A stretch of DNA of 64,000 bases, taken from a virus. The notes under the pieces were generated by a model that was not told the origin of the DNA, ran no database searches, and saw only the letters and a list, made by a program, of their open reading frames with translations. The stretch is from positions 64,001 through 128,000 of IMG/VR virus record IMGVR_UViG_3300000553_000005; one strand, 5' to 3'. Made by a program: the position numbers and the translations under genes. Of the stretch, positions 44,366 to 56,256 are shown one piece after another. The stretch's first letter is position 1; the number at the start of each line of letters is the position of its first letter.

Positions 44366-46957
44366 GTGGATTTGGCACAGTTGAAATCACATTTCCCTTT
44401 TCCTGAGATTCGACCATCTCAGGAAAAAGCTCTGGAAAAATTTGTAGTGGATGAAGAGAAGGGTAAGAAGTTTTCTATTTTTGAACTACCTACTGGTATT
44501 GGAAAGTGTTTCGCAAAAGGCACTCCCATCCTTATGTTTGATGGGGTAATCAAACCTGTAGAAGAAATTAAGGAAGGAGAGCTTGTAATGGGGCCTGACT
44601 CCACTCCTCGTAAGGTGATCAGTTTATCTCAAGGCAGAGATGAATTATTTAGGGTGACTCCAGTGAAAGGCGACTCTTTTGTAGTCAATTCCTCCCACAT
44701 TCTTTCTGTAAAAATGACCGAAAACCATAAACAAATTATTAACCTAACTTTGTCGGATTATTTGGCTAGAAGCAACAATTTTAAGCATCATGCTAAACTT
44801 TATCGAACTGGCGTAGATTTTGAGAGTGTATTAACACACGATTTAAAAGAACTTGCTTATTATATTGGATTATGGTTGGGGGATGGTTCTTCAAAAAGGT
44901 TGACTGAAGTTACTACTGCGGATAAAGAAATTCAAACCTATTTAAGCAATCTAGCTTCAAATTTTGGCCTTAGTTTGACTGCATATAACAATGGATCTAA
45001 GGCTACTTCTTGGAATATAACTACACAGGCTATGGGAGGTAGAAAAGATAGAAATATTTTATTAAACGAATTAAAGAAACTAGATATTTCTTCTAACAAG
45101 TCCATCCCTTTGTCTTTCAAAACCGCATCTAGAATTTCCAGACTTAAGTTACTCGCAGGTTATTTAGATGCTGATGGGAGTTTAGCCTCTAATACATTTG
45201 AATTTTCATCAGTTAATAAAAATTTAGCAGATGATATTTCATTTATAGCCCGTTCTCTTGGGTTCAGTGTGTATGTTAAACCTTGCCATAAAACTTGTCA
45301 AACAGGAAATGGGGGGGTTTACTATCGCGGGAATATAAGTGGGGATATCCATTTGATCCCAACTCTCCTCCCAAGAAAACAAGCAAAAATGAGACAGCAA
45401 AAAAAGAGTGTGCTTGTTACTGGTTTTAAAGTGGAACCTGTTGGACTAGGGGATTATTATGGTTTTGGTGTTGATGGGGACCACTTATTTCTTTTGGGGG
45501 ATTTTACAGTAGTTCACAATTCCGGTCTTTCTATTGCAGCTTTAGGGTGGGCTGCGGATTGTCCTGTTGAACCCCCCTTGAAACCTGGAGGAACGATCCT
45601 CACTTCTCAAAAGATTCTACAGGATCAATATGCGTCTGAATTTGGAAGTATTGGTCTAGCTGATCTTCGTGGTGCCTCTAACTACCGATGTGGGGAGCAG
45701 GAATCTAACTGTGAAATCGGCAGTGTTATGAATAAACTGGCTGGAACTATCTGTGAACATTGCCCTTACAGAAGTGCCAAGGCAGCTTTTATGGCTTCTC
45801 CCAGGGGTATTACTAATTTTGCCTATTATCTTACAGACTCAATGTTCAAGCGGCAACTACCGAAGCGTAAGCTCATAATTATTGATGAAGCGCATAATAC
45901 TGAAAATGTTTTGATCGCTTTTTCTGAAATTGGTATTTCAGCTAATCGTCTAGAAGAATTTGATATTAAACTTCCCACTAAACCACTTACTACTATTCCT
46001 GAAACTAAATATTGGGTAGAGCATACAGTTATTCAAGCCGCTGACATTTATGGAATTAAGTTAAAGGAAGAAATCGCTGCGGCTCTACAAGGACATGGAA
46101 GTTTGATGGCTTTGCTTAAGAAGGAAATGAATCTCTCCTCTTTCAAGAGTAACCTTGGTAAATTTCTAGAATCAGAGTCAGAGATGTGGTTTATTCATCA
46201 GACTGACGGTTTGGGTATCAAGCCGCTTCGTGGGGATGTTTTCTCTGAGGAACTTCTTTTTAGTCGGGCTGAAAAAATCATGTTCATGTCTGCTACCATT
46301 CTGGACCCTCGCACTTTTGTTCGCAATCTAGGAATTTCAGTCAAGGATTGTGGCTACATGAGTCTGCCTTCAGAATTTGCTCAAGATAACAGGAAAATCA
46401 TTTTCACCCCCGCTGGCTCTATGTCTTACAAAAATTATGACACCACTCTACCCAAGCTCCTCAACAAGATTGAGCGTATTTTGGAGAAGCATAAGAATGA
46501 AAAGGGAATTATTCATTGCCAATCGTTCAAGTTGATGAATCATATTCAACAGGGTTTAAGGAGAAGTCCTCATTACTCCAGATTGGTCGCACATGACTCC
46601 CAATCTCGCGCCTATGCAGTGGATAGGCACTTGACCTCAACAGAGCCTACGGTGCTTCTCAGCCCCTCTATGACCGAAGGTTTGGACCTTCGTGGGGATC
46701 TATCCAGGTTTCAGGTGGTAGCGAAAATGCCTTTCAATAACTTGGCAGACCCTTATGTAAAAAGAAGAATGGAGTTAGATAAAGCGTGGTATTCTTGGAC
46801 AACAGCCCTTACTCTCATTCAGGGTTTAGGTCGTTCCATCCGTTCTAAGGAAGACTATGCCAGGAGCTATATTATAGATCAGGATTTTAATATGTTTTTG
46901 AAAACCTGTAATGATATACTACCTGAATGGTGGCTAGAGTCAATTGAATTTCGCTAA
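44366..46957 (+). CDS. DinG/XPD-family helicase containing an intein
   Basis: R..Q, ELPTGIGK|S, Fe-S Cys cluster, DEAH, SAT, EGLD, QGLGR.IR. Confidence 0.92.
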   Translation: MDLAQLKSHFPFPEIRPSQEKALEKFVVDEEKGKKFSIFELPTGIGKCFAKGTPILMFDGVIKPVEEIKEGELVMGPDSTPRKVISLSQGRDELFRVTPVKGDSFVVNSSHILSVKMTENHKQIINLTLSDYLARSNNFKHHAKLYRTGVDFESVLTHDLKELAYYIGLWLGDGSSKRLTEVTTADKEIQTYLSNLASNFGLSLTAYNNGSKATSWNITTQAMGGRKDRNILLNELKKLDISSNKSIPLSFKTASRISRLKLLAGYLDADGSLASNTFEFSSVNKNLADDISFIARSLGFSVYVKPCHKTCQTGNGGVYYRGNISGDIHLIPTLLPRKQAKMRQQKKSVLVTGFKVEPVGLGDYYGFGVDGDHLFLLGDFTVVHNSGLSIAALGWAADCPVEPPLKPGGTILTSQKILQDQYASEFGSIGLADLRGASNYRCGEQESNCEIGSVMNKLAGTICEHCPYRSAKAAFMASPRGITNFAYYLTDSMFKRQLPKRKLIIIDEAHNTENVLIAFSEIGISANRLEEFDIKLPTKPLTTIPETKYWVEHTVIQAADIYGIKLKEEIAAALQGHGSLMALLKKEMNLSSFKSNLGKFLESESEMWFIHQTDGLGIKPLRGDVFSEELLFSRAEKIMFMSATILDPRTFVRNLGISVKDCGYMSLPSEFAQDNRKIIFTPAGSMSYKNYDTTLPKLLNKIERILEKHKNEKGIIHCQSFKLMNHIQQGLRRSPHYSRLVAHDSQSRAYAVDRHLTSTEPTVLLSPSMTEGLDLRGDLSRFQVVAKMPFNNLADPYVKRRMELDKAWYSWTTALTLIQGLGRSIRSKEDYARSYIIDQDFNMFLKTCNDILPEWWLESIEFR
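44507..45520 (+). mobile_element. 338-aa intein with LAGLIDADG homing endonuclease, inserted in Walker A
   Basis: N-terminal CFAKGT, C-terminal VVHN followed by Ser; GLWLGDG and LAGYLDADG blocks. Confidence 0.95.
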
Positions 46958-47267
46958 AGGAGTAATATAATGGATGTAATTTTAATTGAAGATTATAAAT
47001 TGGATAATATTCCAGAAAATTCTGTTATCCTGGATGTAATTCAAGATGGACGATTTTATATCGGAATGTGGTGTAAGGGGAACGGTTCTTATAAGGTTGC
47101 AGTTCCAGTTAGTCTATGTCAAGAAATCATTGTTCCTCGACTCTCCTTCTCCCTTGAGAAATTTCTAGAATCCTATACCTCTGATGCTTTTGCGGATATG
47201 GATAAGATTTCAAAAAGAATGGACGAAGGGGAGTAAACTCAAGTATTAACATCTAAGAGGACTTGTA

Positions 47268-48725
47268 GTGAGCAATTTCGATAGACTGTTTTTCAATCTT
47301 ATTCGACAGGGAGACACACCGGGAGAGATCAAACGCTCCACCGATGCTTGTACTTGGTTTGTCGAAAATATGACAACAGTACGTAGAGTGAGTTCTCCCA
47401 CCGATCTTGAGCTTTATGGTTATATTTATACCTATTGGTCGGATCACCGTAAGGCTCCGAGTCTCACTATTCTCAAAGAAATTATTGAAAAGAAAGCTAC
47501 TTCTCCAGGGGTTTCTGAGCAATTTACTCAATTTGAAGAAAATGAAGATCTAACAATTTACAGTGTGGAGGATCTTCCCCAAGTTTTAGCTGATTTGGTA
47601 AAAGAGTTTGAAACAGAACGTCTAAATGACATTCTGAAGGTAGCGAGAGGTATCAATACTACCCAATTTACAGATCCAAAAACCAAAGAAATATTAAGTG
47701 GCCCAACCGATGCCATTAAATATTTCTTTAGAACTATGGAGCATGGAGGGATTCAAACCAATCGTCTGAATTCCTCAGGGTCATTGAATGAAGATGCTGG
47801 TGATATTGAAGAAATTTATTTGAAATCAAAGGCTGATCACTTAGCGGGAAGACTTCGGTTCTTTACAAAAATTAAAGGCATTGATGACAATCTAACCATT
47901 AAGAGGGGGGATTTCGTTGGTATTTTAGGCTACACTGGCAATTGTAAATCCACCCTCTGCCGCTCTATTTGTTATAATGCTGCACTCCAGGGGTTCAACG
48001 TTCTTCATGTGACTCTGGAACAAACGTATGATGAGGAAATGACTATTTATGCTCTCATGCATTCGGCTCATCCCAAATTTGGTAGGACTACTGCCATTTG
48101 TAAAAAAGAATTTGATGAGGGTCGATTGACAGAAGAAGATGAGCATTTTCTTTTTAAGGTGGTTCTTCCTGATCTTAATAAACTCCCCGGTAAACTCATT
48201 ATTCGTCAGCCGCAAGAAAGTTCAAGTTGGGGAGCTATCAAGACGATTGCAGAAATTACGCATCAAGTCACTCCTGGGGGATTAGATTTGTTCTTTCTAG
48301 ATTATCTGGCTCTTTGCCAAACCTCTTCTAAAAATGTTAAAGAAGAGATCGAAGCCAACATTAAAGATATGAAACAATTCGCCCTTCACTTTAATGATAA
48401 TAAGGGAATTGTGGCGATGACCCCAGTACAAGGTAAGCGAGAGGGGTGGACCGATGCTGGAGAAAACGATGGAAAATGGGAAGCTACAGGGGTCTACATG
48501 TATTCGGAATTTGAACGTTCTTTAGATAGTTTGATTTCAGTCTATTTGGGTGAGATTGTCCCTAAGAATCAGCTTATTATTTCTTCAGCCAAGCTCAGAC
48601 GTTCCGGCGGTATTCCCCCATTTTTTGCCGGGGTTAATTTCGATGTCGGATTGGTGACCAATCTAGTTAATATTAATGTAAAGGATGAGGAAGTATTCAA
48701 GAAACTTGTGGAAGATGCATTCTGA
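47268..48725 (+). CDS. DnaB-like replicative helicase
   Basis: GYTGNCKST, TLE, FLDY, Q and K.R motifs. Confidence 0.85.
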   Translation: MSNFDRLFFNLIRQGDTPGEIKRSTDACTWFVENMTTVRRVSSPTDLELYGYIYTYWSDHRKAPSLTILKEIIEKKATSPGVSEQFTQFEENEDLTIYSVEDLPQVLADLVKEFETERLNDILKVARGINTTQFTDPKTKEILSGPTDAIKYFFRTMEHGGIQTNRLNSSGSLNEDAGDIEEIYLKSKADHLAGRLRFFTKIKGIDDNLTIKRGDFVGILGYTGNCKSTLCRSICYNAALQGFNVLHVTLEQTYDEEMTIYALMHSAHPKFGRTTAICKKEFDEGRLTEEDEHFLFKVVLPDLNKLPGKLIIRQPQESSSWGAIKTIAEITHQVTPGGLDLFFLDYLALCQTSSKNVKEEIEANIKDMKQFALHFNDNKGIVAMTPVQGKREGWTDAGENDGKWEATGVYMYSEFERSLDSLISVYLGEIVPKNQLIISSAKLRRSGGIPPFFAGVNFDVGLVTNLVNINVKDEEVFKKLVEDAF

Positions 48726-48989
48726 TGTTGAATGAACGTGATGCCTTCTACCTATTTTCCACACTGGAGCTTTTTATCCCATTAGATGCTCCAGCAAAGG
48801 TTTCTCTTCGTAGCAATATGAGAGGTAAAAAATGTTTTAGATATGAGGCATATACTAATGGAAGACAATGGACAGTGGACTTTTATAATTTAACATTTTT
48901 ATACTGTCTGGTTCCACCATATTCACATCAAGTAAATAATTCAGTATTATCACTTATATCGTATCTCTATAAGAGTCTGGGGTTAAATT

Positions 48990-49730
48990 ATGAGCAACTT
49001 GCTAAAACTAAACGCATTTGAAGATTTGCAGAAAATTCTCATTCGTCAACGAGAATGCTCTGATAAGGCGCGAAGAGAATTAAACCGTGTAACTGATTCA
49101 ACTATTATATTGTATGCTCCGGATGGGTCATTTGCTGAAACTACCACAAAAGAAATTACTAGAAAAGTGGTTAATCTTCTCACAGCCTATGCAACCCTAC
49201 CGACCCTATCCGAATTTTCAGAAAAACCTTCTCTTTTAAAATCTGCGGCCTGGGGTGGTTCATTTGGAGTCGCCACTGTAGTAGGGACAGTAATTCTGAA
49301 AAGTCTTGCCGAATTTTCTCAATTTCCCCCCAGCGTGGTTAAGCCCGTATTCATTAAAGTTCTTGGAGAATTACATGATGTGGCGAATGGGGCTGGTAAT
49401 GAAATATCAATTATGGAACGAGTTATGGAGAATCTAAATTTCTCTATTAAAGATGCTCAAGGTAACGAGATTCTAGGAGACAAACGAGAGAGGATAATTA
49501 GAGGAAAGGTTTCGCTTCTCTTAGAATTAATGGCAAAATTGATGAGCGATTATCAGATGATTGAAACAGAGATTGATAATGGAGAGGATGCTAGTGCTAT
49601 CACAAATCTTGGGAGTCGCGTTTATTTTCATCTGAGGGATATTGAACTATATATATTAGAGATTGAAGTTTCCTATAAAGAATTATCCGAGAAGAAAAAA
49701 GCAGAACCTCTAATTACCAGTATTAAGTAA
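48990..49730 (+). CDS. hypothetical protein
   Basis: 246-aa ORF in operon. Confidence 0.65.
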   Translation: MSNLLKLNAFEDLQKILIRQRECSDKARRELNRVTDSTIILYAPDGSFAETTTKEITRKVVNLLTAYATLPTLSEFSEKPSLLKSAAWGGSFGVATVVGTVILKSLAEFSQFPPSVVKPVFIKVLGELHDVANGAGNEISIMERVMENLNFSIKDAQGNEILGDKRERIIRGKVSLLLELMAKLMSDYQMIETEIDNGEDASAITNLGSRVYFHLRDIELYILEIEVSYKELSEKKKAEPLITSIK

Positions 49731-49750
49731 TAGAGAGTAAAGGAGATTGA

Positions 49751-50632
49751 ATGTTTCGATCAACAAAGGTAGCGGCAATTTTTGATTTTGATAAAACCCT
49801 ATCACCTCAATATATGCAGAAAGTTATCTTTGATGCCTATCAAGTAGATGAAGATTCATTCTGGGTTGATTGCCGTAAACGCTCAAAAGAAAATGAAATG
49901 TTATTTGGTGGCACTCACCATGAAGTAGATTATATGGCTACTATGCTTTCCTATGTTAAAAATGGCAAATTTTTGGGTTTGACTAATGAGAAGTTAAAAA
50001 GTTTGGGAGAAACCATTCCACTCTATCCAGGTGTAGCTTGGATGTTTAATGAGATTTGGAAAACCGGAGCAGAAATTTATATTATCTCTTCTGGTATTAA
50101 AACTATGTTGGGAACTCTGGAAGGGCGTATTCAAAGGGAAATAAATAATGCAGATTTCCGCATTTCTGGAATTTATGGTGGAGATTTCAGAGAAGATGAG
50201 AATGGCCTCTGTAGTATTGCCAACTGTATTAGTGCTATGGATAAGACTCGCTTCATTTACGAGATCAGTAAAGGCTGCAATATTTATAATTTTGATGTAA
50301 CCACTTCTGTCCCTATCGGTGGAAGGCGTGTTCCCTTAGAAAACATTATCTATGTCGGAGATGGTCCCTCAGACGTTTGGGTATGGAACCTTATTAAAGA
50401 CTCTGGAGGATATACTATGGGAGTTTTTAATCCAGAATTCCCCTCTCAATTTGAATTGGTAGAAAATATCCGCAAGGGTAACAGGCTAGATACAGTAGCC
50501 GTAGCCGATTATCGTGAAGGATCGACAGCCGCTTCCTGGATTCTTGGTAAAATCAAAGAAATGATAAAATTAAGTTCAGAAGAATATATGATTAAACAAA
50601 GGGTTACAACCATTAAACGCCCTGGATACTGA
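49751..50632 (+). CDS. HAD-family hydrolase
   Basis: DFDKTL, ISSG, K, YVGDGPSD. Confidence 0.9.
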   Translation: MFRSTKVAAIFDFDKTLSPQYMQKVIFDAYQVDEDSFWVDCRKRSKENEMLFGGTHHEVDYMATMLSYVKNGKFLGLTNEKLKSLGETIPLYPGVAWMFNEIWKTGAEIYIISSGIKTMLGTLEGRIQREINNADFRISGIYGGDFREDENGLCSIANCISAMDKTRFIYEISKGCNIYNFDVTTSVPIGGRRVPLENIIYVGDGPSDVWVWNLIKDSGGYTMGVFNPEFPSQFELVENIRKGNRLDTVAVADYREGSTAASWILGKIKEMIKLSSEEYMIKQRVTTIKRPGY

Positions 50633-50891
50633 GTAATAACATTCATAGGAGGCCAATGATGGCACTTTCAAAGCACCGTAAGACCCACTCTGCAAAGGTG
50701 GCTGAACGTTACAAGGAACTGGTGGAGATGCGCCTAGCCGCTGGAATGACCAGTAATGGGAACAGTCCTAAATCTAAGAACAAGGTTAAGAATACCCCTA
50801 TCCGAAATCCCAATCGTGTGAATATGACTAAAGGACAGAAGAGAGTAGCTAAGGCTATTCGCCATATGGCTAAGGCCAACGAGATTTAATA

Positions 50892-51584
50892 GTGAAACGA
50901 ATTCCCTTCGCCGTTGCTCTTCTCTTAGAAAAGAGAAAGCCTAAAGGCACCAATATTGTTATTGGGAGCGATAGCGTAGTTATTAAGGCTTTGGAGAAGA
51001 AATTTCAGACTGCTATAGCACCTTTTGACAAAGACAATCCAACTTTGTTTTCTTATTTGGAATCTGAGTTGGATGTCCCTGCTGCATTAAGGGACAGTGT
51101 TTCCATTTGGTTGAATCCACCATTATCTAAAAATCCAGATGTTCTACGTTACTTAGTATCCTCTCTTCATCCAGAATTTAAAAAAGAACAATGTGATAGT
51201 TTTGTTAAATGTTTAAGCTATGATTCTAATGGGTTTCGTAATTTTAATACCTTATATTGGGTAATTCTTTCAGGTAGATATGAAGAAATTCCTTGGGTAA
51301 AAGATCCTTGGGAAAATCCTAATAACTGGCTTGGGCAAATGAACATAGGTTTAAGACTGAATTGGTTGCATACTAATGTTGTTGGTTACGTTTATGCCAA
51401 GGATGATAACAAGCAGGGATTAGAGAAATTAGGTATATCTTTTAAAAAGGCTAATCACTTAAAAGGTCTAAATCTCAGTAATAATAAAATGTTCCGTACT
51501 TTATTGGAATTGTCCAAATGGCGCAGCAACCGTCAAAATGAGTTGCAAACAGCATTGCTTATTACAAACATATGGGAGTCATAA
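50892..51584 (+). CDS. hypothetical protein
   Basis: Long ORF in operon. Confidence 0.65.
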   Translation: MKRIPFAVALLLEKRKPKGTNIVIGSDSVVIKALEKKFQTAIAPFDKDNPTLFSYLESELDVPAALRDSVSIWLNPPLSKNPDVLRYLVSSLHPEFKKEQCDSFVKCLSYDSNGFRNFNTLYWVILSGRYEEIPWVKDPWENPNNWLGQMNIGLRLNWLHTNVVGYVYAKDDNKQGLEKLGISFKKANHLKGLNLSNNKMFRTLLELSKWRSNRQNELQTALLITNIWES

Positions 51585-52307
51585 ATGGTAAAAACTAATA
51601 TTAAACGTCTAACAGATGGAGCAGAGCCTACAATTAAGACCAGTCCTTTTGTAGAAAATATTTTGGGAGATGTCCAGGAAGAGCCAGCGGCCATCCCTTC
51701 TGGTATAGGAAAAGGTCGAGGGGGAAAGATGCCAGTCAGAAATAAGAAGGTTAAGGTGGTTGAAACTCCTATTGAGATTCAAGGTTCTCATGGAGAACCT
51801 TTTGGAGAACCCATCCTACCTGCAACAGTACAAGGTCCACCACCCCCTCAAACTATAGTCGGAGGTAACGGTCCTTCTGCTCCTCCGATGACTACTCCCC
51901 CTACTTTAGTCACTCCTTCCTCCTCCTCTGTCTCTAAAGTAACAATTCCCAAGATTGATGTATCTTCTAAAGTCTATCCCTGCCCTCTTTTTGCTTCCAG
52001 TAGAATTTCAAAGATGCAGACTATTAAGTTAGGAAATGCTGTAGGAGATGTTAGTGCTGCGTGGGGTTCTCGTTTTGACCCTAAACAGTGTAGCATTTTC
52101 CTTCACAGAGTATCTGTTACTAGTAATCCTACAGGTCATCTTTCCGCTCCAATTTTTGAGAGTTCTGGACCTCAAAATGTGAAATTTCGTATCATTCGTG
52201 ATAATAATTTAACTCCTCTTCCGGAAGGGAGTATTTATCTTGGATCATACTCTGATGTTCATGTGGGGCCAGCCATGCAAACCCTTCATGTATTTTTACT
52301 TCCATGA
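51585..52307 (+). CDS. Pro-rich hypothetical protein
   Basis: GGAG SD; low-complexity linker plus C-terminal YLGS...LHVF domain. Confidence 0.65.
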   Translation: MVKTNIKRLTDGAEPTIKTSPFVENILGDVQEEPAAIPSGIGKGRGGKMPVRNKKVKVVETPIEIQGSHGEPFGEPILPATVQGPPPPQTIVGGNGPSAPPMTTPPTLVTPSSSSVSKVTIPKIDVSSKVYPCPLFASSRISKMQTIKLGNAVGDVSAAWGSRFDPKQCSIFLHRVSVTSNPTGHLSAPIFESSGPQNVKFRIIRDNNLTPLPEGSIYLGSYSDVHVGPAMQTLHVFLLP

Positions 52308-53315
52308 AAGGGCACAACATGCAGCAAGAACGACCCGTAGACATCACCAAGATCCTTCAAGAAATTCAAGGACCAAGCAACGAAGAAAAAACTTTCCGTA
52401 AAGAAAATTTAGAAAAAGCTGATGAAAAATATTTTGACGAGCAGAATAAAAAGAAATACCCAGCTATTTCCTCTTTAACTGAAGGAGTAGTCAGTAAGAA
52501 GAAAAAGAAGAAGTAAAATGTGGCGATTCTGCTTAAAGGTGTTGAACCCATTCATCTTCATTTTTAATATTGCTAGGTATCTAGGTTATGTTCAACAATA
52601 TAGATATCGTGATCCAGAAGATTGGCCTCCTTATTATACTAAGGATGATGTGAAATATTTTTAAAGGAGTGAAGTGTGAATAGAGCGGAGACAATTGCTA
52701 ATTTGACCGTTGCTAAGAAGAGATTTGTAAAACTTCAAGAAGAGCAAGAGGATATTTATCAAACCCTATTGAAGAATCTGAACAGAACTGATGAACCTCA
52801 TATGTGGATATGGGATTTTATTGCTAATGATGGTTCTAGTATAGAAAATGTTATGAGACATTTAGATGGATGAATTTATAAATCCTCAAATGTTAATAGC
52901 CAGAGCCATCAGAGACAAAGATATTCCCATGTTGGGTATAATAGAGCAGTATCTAAAGAATGCTGTGTTCCATGATTCTTTTGATGAAGAAGCTGAACGT
53001 GTTCAAAAAATTTTATTGGAAGTTATTGACGATTTCAGAAATGCTATGGAGAAATGAAATGGTTGCAAATATCATAACAGAGACAGTTACTAATAAAGAT
53101 GGGGACGTTCTTTGGTTCTCTAATTATCCGTTTACTCGTTTAAATAAAAAAGGAGAGTGCTTTATTCACGATAGCCATCGCTATGAAGTGATTTCATCCA
53201 TTCTTGATGGAAGAAATATCAGAACTGTGGTTATTAAACTCTCATAACTGTAGTGACCTAAAATAAATTTACCAGAATTCTTCTCATCCCTGGTATAATA
53301 TGAAGAGGGGTTCTT

Positions 53316-53714
53316 ATGGTTCACAGAGGAAAGCGTTGGATTCGTGGTTTTGAAGCTGCTCAAGCTGCCTCTGCTCATTCTGATGGTAAAATTATCGGCT
53401 CTCGTCTGGGGGCCGCTCTCTATTCTGGAAATAATCTCCTTGCTGTGGGGTTCAGTATCTATACAAAAACCCATCCTGAAGGTAAGCAGAGAACTTATGA
53501 TATTACTATTCACGCAGAACAAATGGCCTTGCTGCGTAGAAGGCATTACGAAAACGATTCCAATCTCATAATGTATGTATGGAGAGAGACTGTAGGAGGA
53601 ATTCCTGCATTGAGTAAACCATGTGTCAATTGCCAGGAGAGAATGCGCTTGGCTGGAGTTCGCAAGGTTCGCTATATTAACGTCAAGGGGGAGACAGAAG
53701 AGATGCGTTTCTGA
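53316..53714 (+). CDS. Zn-dependent (cytidine/dCMP-type) deaminase
   Basis: HAE...SKPCVNC; early-type promoter. Confidence 0.85.
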   Translation: MVHRGKRWIRGFEAAQAASAHSDGKIIGSRLGAALYSGNNLLAVGFSIYTKTHPEGKQRTYDITIHAEQMALLRRRHYENDSNLIMYVWRETVGGIPALSKPCVNCQERMRLAGVRKVRYINVKGETEEMRF

Positions 53715-54317
53715 AACGTTAAAAAATCAGAATTTCTATTCCTTTGTTAGAGGTGGCTATGCTTCCAATGATGAAGTCTTTGAAATGAACTGTTTAATTT
53801 GTGATCAAAAAATAGAATGCCAATCTACTTTTGCTAAATCCTTATGTAGTAAATGTCAAGGAAAAATAACTGAAGAAGGGATGCTGAGTTACCGATTACT
53901 TTTACAAATTGAACGAGAATCCCTTCTTTCCGAGTAATTAATTAATAAGGAGGGGATCTTGCTAGCATGGATTAAAGGAATTTTTAAGGGTAAACTTGTC
54001 TTAGATGAGAATGACATAGTAATCTCCCCATCTTTAGCGAGGGCTATCCTTTTAAATAGAACTGTTTTAAATAGTGAATTGGATGTGTGGGGGAAAAAGA
54101 ACTTCCCTCGTTGGGCTGACTTCTTTGATCCTAACAACAAGAACTATTCTGTGCCACTATACAGAACAGAAACTAGTGTTTGGCAAGCTAAAGAAGAAAC
54201 TCTAAAAATTCTTATGGGGTATTTAATTAGATATTCGGATCATGATGTATGGGTAATCCGATCAAGAACTCGCAATGCCCAACCCATATGGGACACATTT
54301 CAGAAATTAGGAATGAC

Positions 54318-54791
54318 ATGGTAGATAAAATATACATAGATCTGGATGGAGTACTTGCCGATTTTGACAAGTGGAAGAACGAAGCAGCGAAATATCACCC
54401 CCAAATTTTAACTGATAAAAGTGAACTATGGATAGATGCCGCTGCGACCGACAGACTCTATTACCATTTAGATTTGATGCCGGATGCTGCCACTCTCATG
54501 CTCTACTTGGAATCATTGGGAATACCTTTAGCCATCCTGACTGCTATTCCTCGCCGCAAAACCGTCCCAACGGCTGAAGCGGATAAAAGAGAATGGGTAA
54601 AAGAGAATATAGGGGATATTGAATTCCATATCGGCCCCTTCTCTCAAGATAAGCAACGATTCTCTGGTCCTGGAAAAGTTCTGATTGATGATAAAAAGTT
54701 GAACATAGATCAATGGAATGCCAAGGGTGGTGATGGTATTTTGTTTACCAGCGCAAATCAGGCTATTCGGGCCGTTGAGAGGTTATTGTGA
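54318..54791 (+). CDS. 5'(3')-deoxyribonucleotidase (NT5C-like HAD)
   Basis: IDLDGVLADF, ILTA, K, LIDD...W...GG. Confidence 0.88.
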   Translation: MVDKIYIDLDGVLADFDKWKNEAAKYHPQILTDKSELWIDAAATDRLYYHLDLMPDAATLMLYLESLGIPLAILTAIPRRKTVPTAEADKREWVKENIGDIEFHIGPFSQDKQRFSGPGKVLIDDKKLNIDQWNAKGGDGILFTSANQAIRAVERLL

Positions 54792-55287
54792 AAGATGAAG
54801 ATAAGTGTTGGAAACCTAAGATCTTATGCTCTAAATGTAATTCCGAAAAAATAGTAGTCATGAAGCACAATTTAAAATTTATAGAAAAATGTGCCAATTG
54901 TGGGCATACTTTCATCCTGGATTTTTTGGACCGTGAAATAAAATAATCTACTTCATTTTTTAGATTTTCCAGTATAATGAGGTATGGAGAATCTTATGGA
55001 ACGGCTACAGGTCAAAGCTATCAAGAAGGCTGGTCGAGAACTGACCCGAAGCTTTGCTATGGCTCCAAAGGTCATTCAGCATAAGCATAGGATTGAGGTT
55101 AAGAAGACCACGAAACAGTGGTTAAAGGAGATTTAATGATGAATTTTGGATGGTTCAACCCTAATTCAGATGGACTTCCAGGTTTGGGAATTACTAATGA
55201 AGGAGAGAATATCTTCAATGATATCCCCGACCAGATTGTATTTCTAGAGCATGAGGATCTTGAATTCCTCGCCACCGTAGGGATGAA

Positions 55288-56208
55288 GTGGTGAAAAACA
55301 TCTTCACAACTTTGTATGGGAGTCATTTGTTCGGCTGTAATGTGGCCGGTTCAGATGAGGACTATAAATCGGTTCATCTGGAAGATCTATCTGATCTTCT
55401 CTTTAAGGACACCCACGCACTCAATAGCAAGGATGAAACTGGCCCAACCAAAATTGAAACCGAAACCTTCAGTCTTCGCTTCTACCTGAAGATGCTTGCT
55501 GGGGGACAGGTTATTGCCACTGATATGTTCTTTGCTCCCCCACAGTTCTGGAGGGGAGAAGTGTCTCCTCTCTGGAAGGAGATTCAAGCACTAAAGCCTT
55601 ACGCTATTACTAGAAGGCTTCATGCCTTCGCTTCCTATGCCAAGAATCAAGCATTTAAGTATGGGAACAAAGGGCTTAAGATCCTGACTGTGCAGAAGGC
55701 TATCAAACTTTTGGAGTCTAACACTAGCTTTGAGAAACTGTGTGAAGAGCTAAAGGGTATGGAAGGTATCAAGTACACCACTGAACATGCGGCTGTGCAG
55801 GATATCCGTCACATTGAAATTTGTGGTAAGGATTGGGGTGAGACTACGGCTTATCATCTGTGGCTCCCGGTTCTCAAAGACCTAGAGGCCCAGTATGGTG
55901 AAAGGGCACGTTTGAGTACCAGGGGTGTTGACCTCAAGGCCCAGTATCAGACCGTCCGTATCACTTCTGAAGCCATTGAGCTACTCTCTACTGGTCATCT
56001 GACTTTCCCCAGGGGCGAGGCCCCTTTGCTGCTCTCTATCCGCAATAATGAGCTTGGGGAAGAGGCTTTGCGTGATTTGGTGGAAAACAAGCTGGCTGAA
56101 CTTAAGGAGACTGTTCCCACTGATTCCCTCCCTGAAAAGGCTGATTGGGACAAGCTAAACGATTTTATTTTGTCTGCTGAAAAAGATTTTCTGAAGAAAA
56201 CTCTGTAA
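55288..56208 (+). CDS. Pol-beta-superfamily nucleotidyltransferase (T4 NrdC.11/RlaP-like)
   Basis: YGSHLFG...SDED; ELL.TG.LTFPR..A..LL.IR. Confidence 0.8.
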   Translation: MVKNIFTTLYGSHLFGCNVAGSDEDYKSVHLEDLSDLLFKDTHALNSKDETGPTKIETETFSLRFYLKMLAGGQVIATDMFFAPPQFWRGEVSPLWKEIQALKPYAITRRLHAFASYAKNQAFKYGNKGLKILTVQKAIKLLESNTSFEKLCEELKGMEGIKYTTEHAAVQDIRHIEICGKDWGETTAYHLWLPVLKDLEAQYGERARLSTRGVDLKAQYQTVRITSEAIELLSTGHLTFPRGEAPLLLSIRNNELGEEALRDLVENKLAELKETVPTDSLPEKADWDKLNDFILSAEKDFLKKTL

Positions 56209-56256
56209 ATTAGGTATAATACCACTAGGGCCACACGGATAAAAGGAGAATTACTG

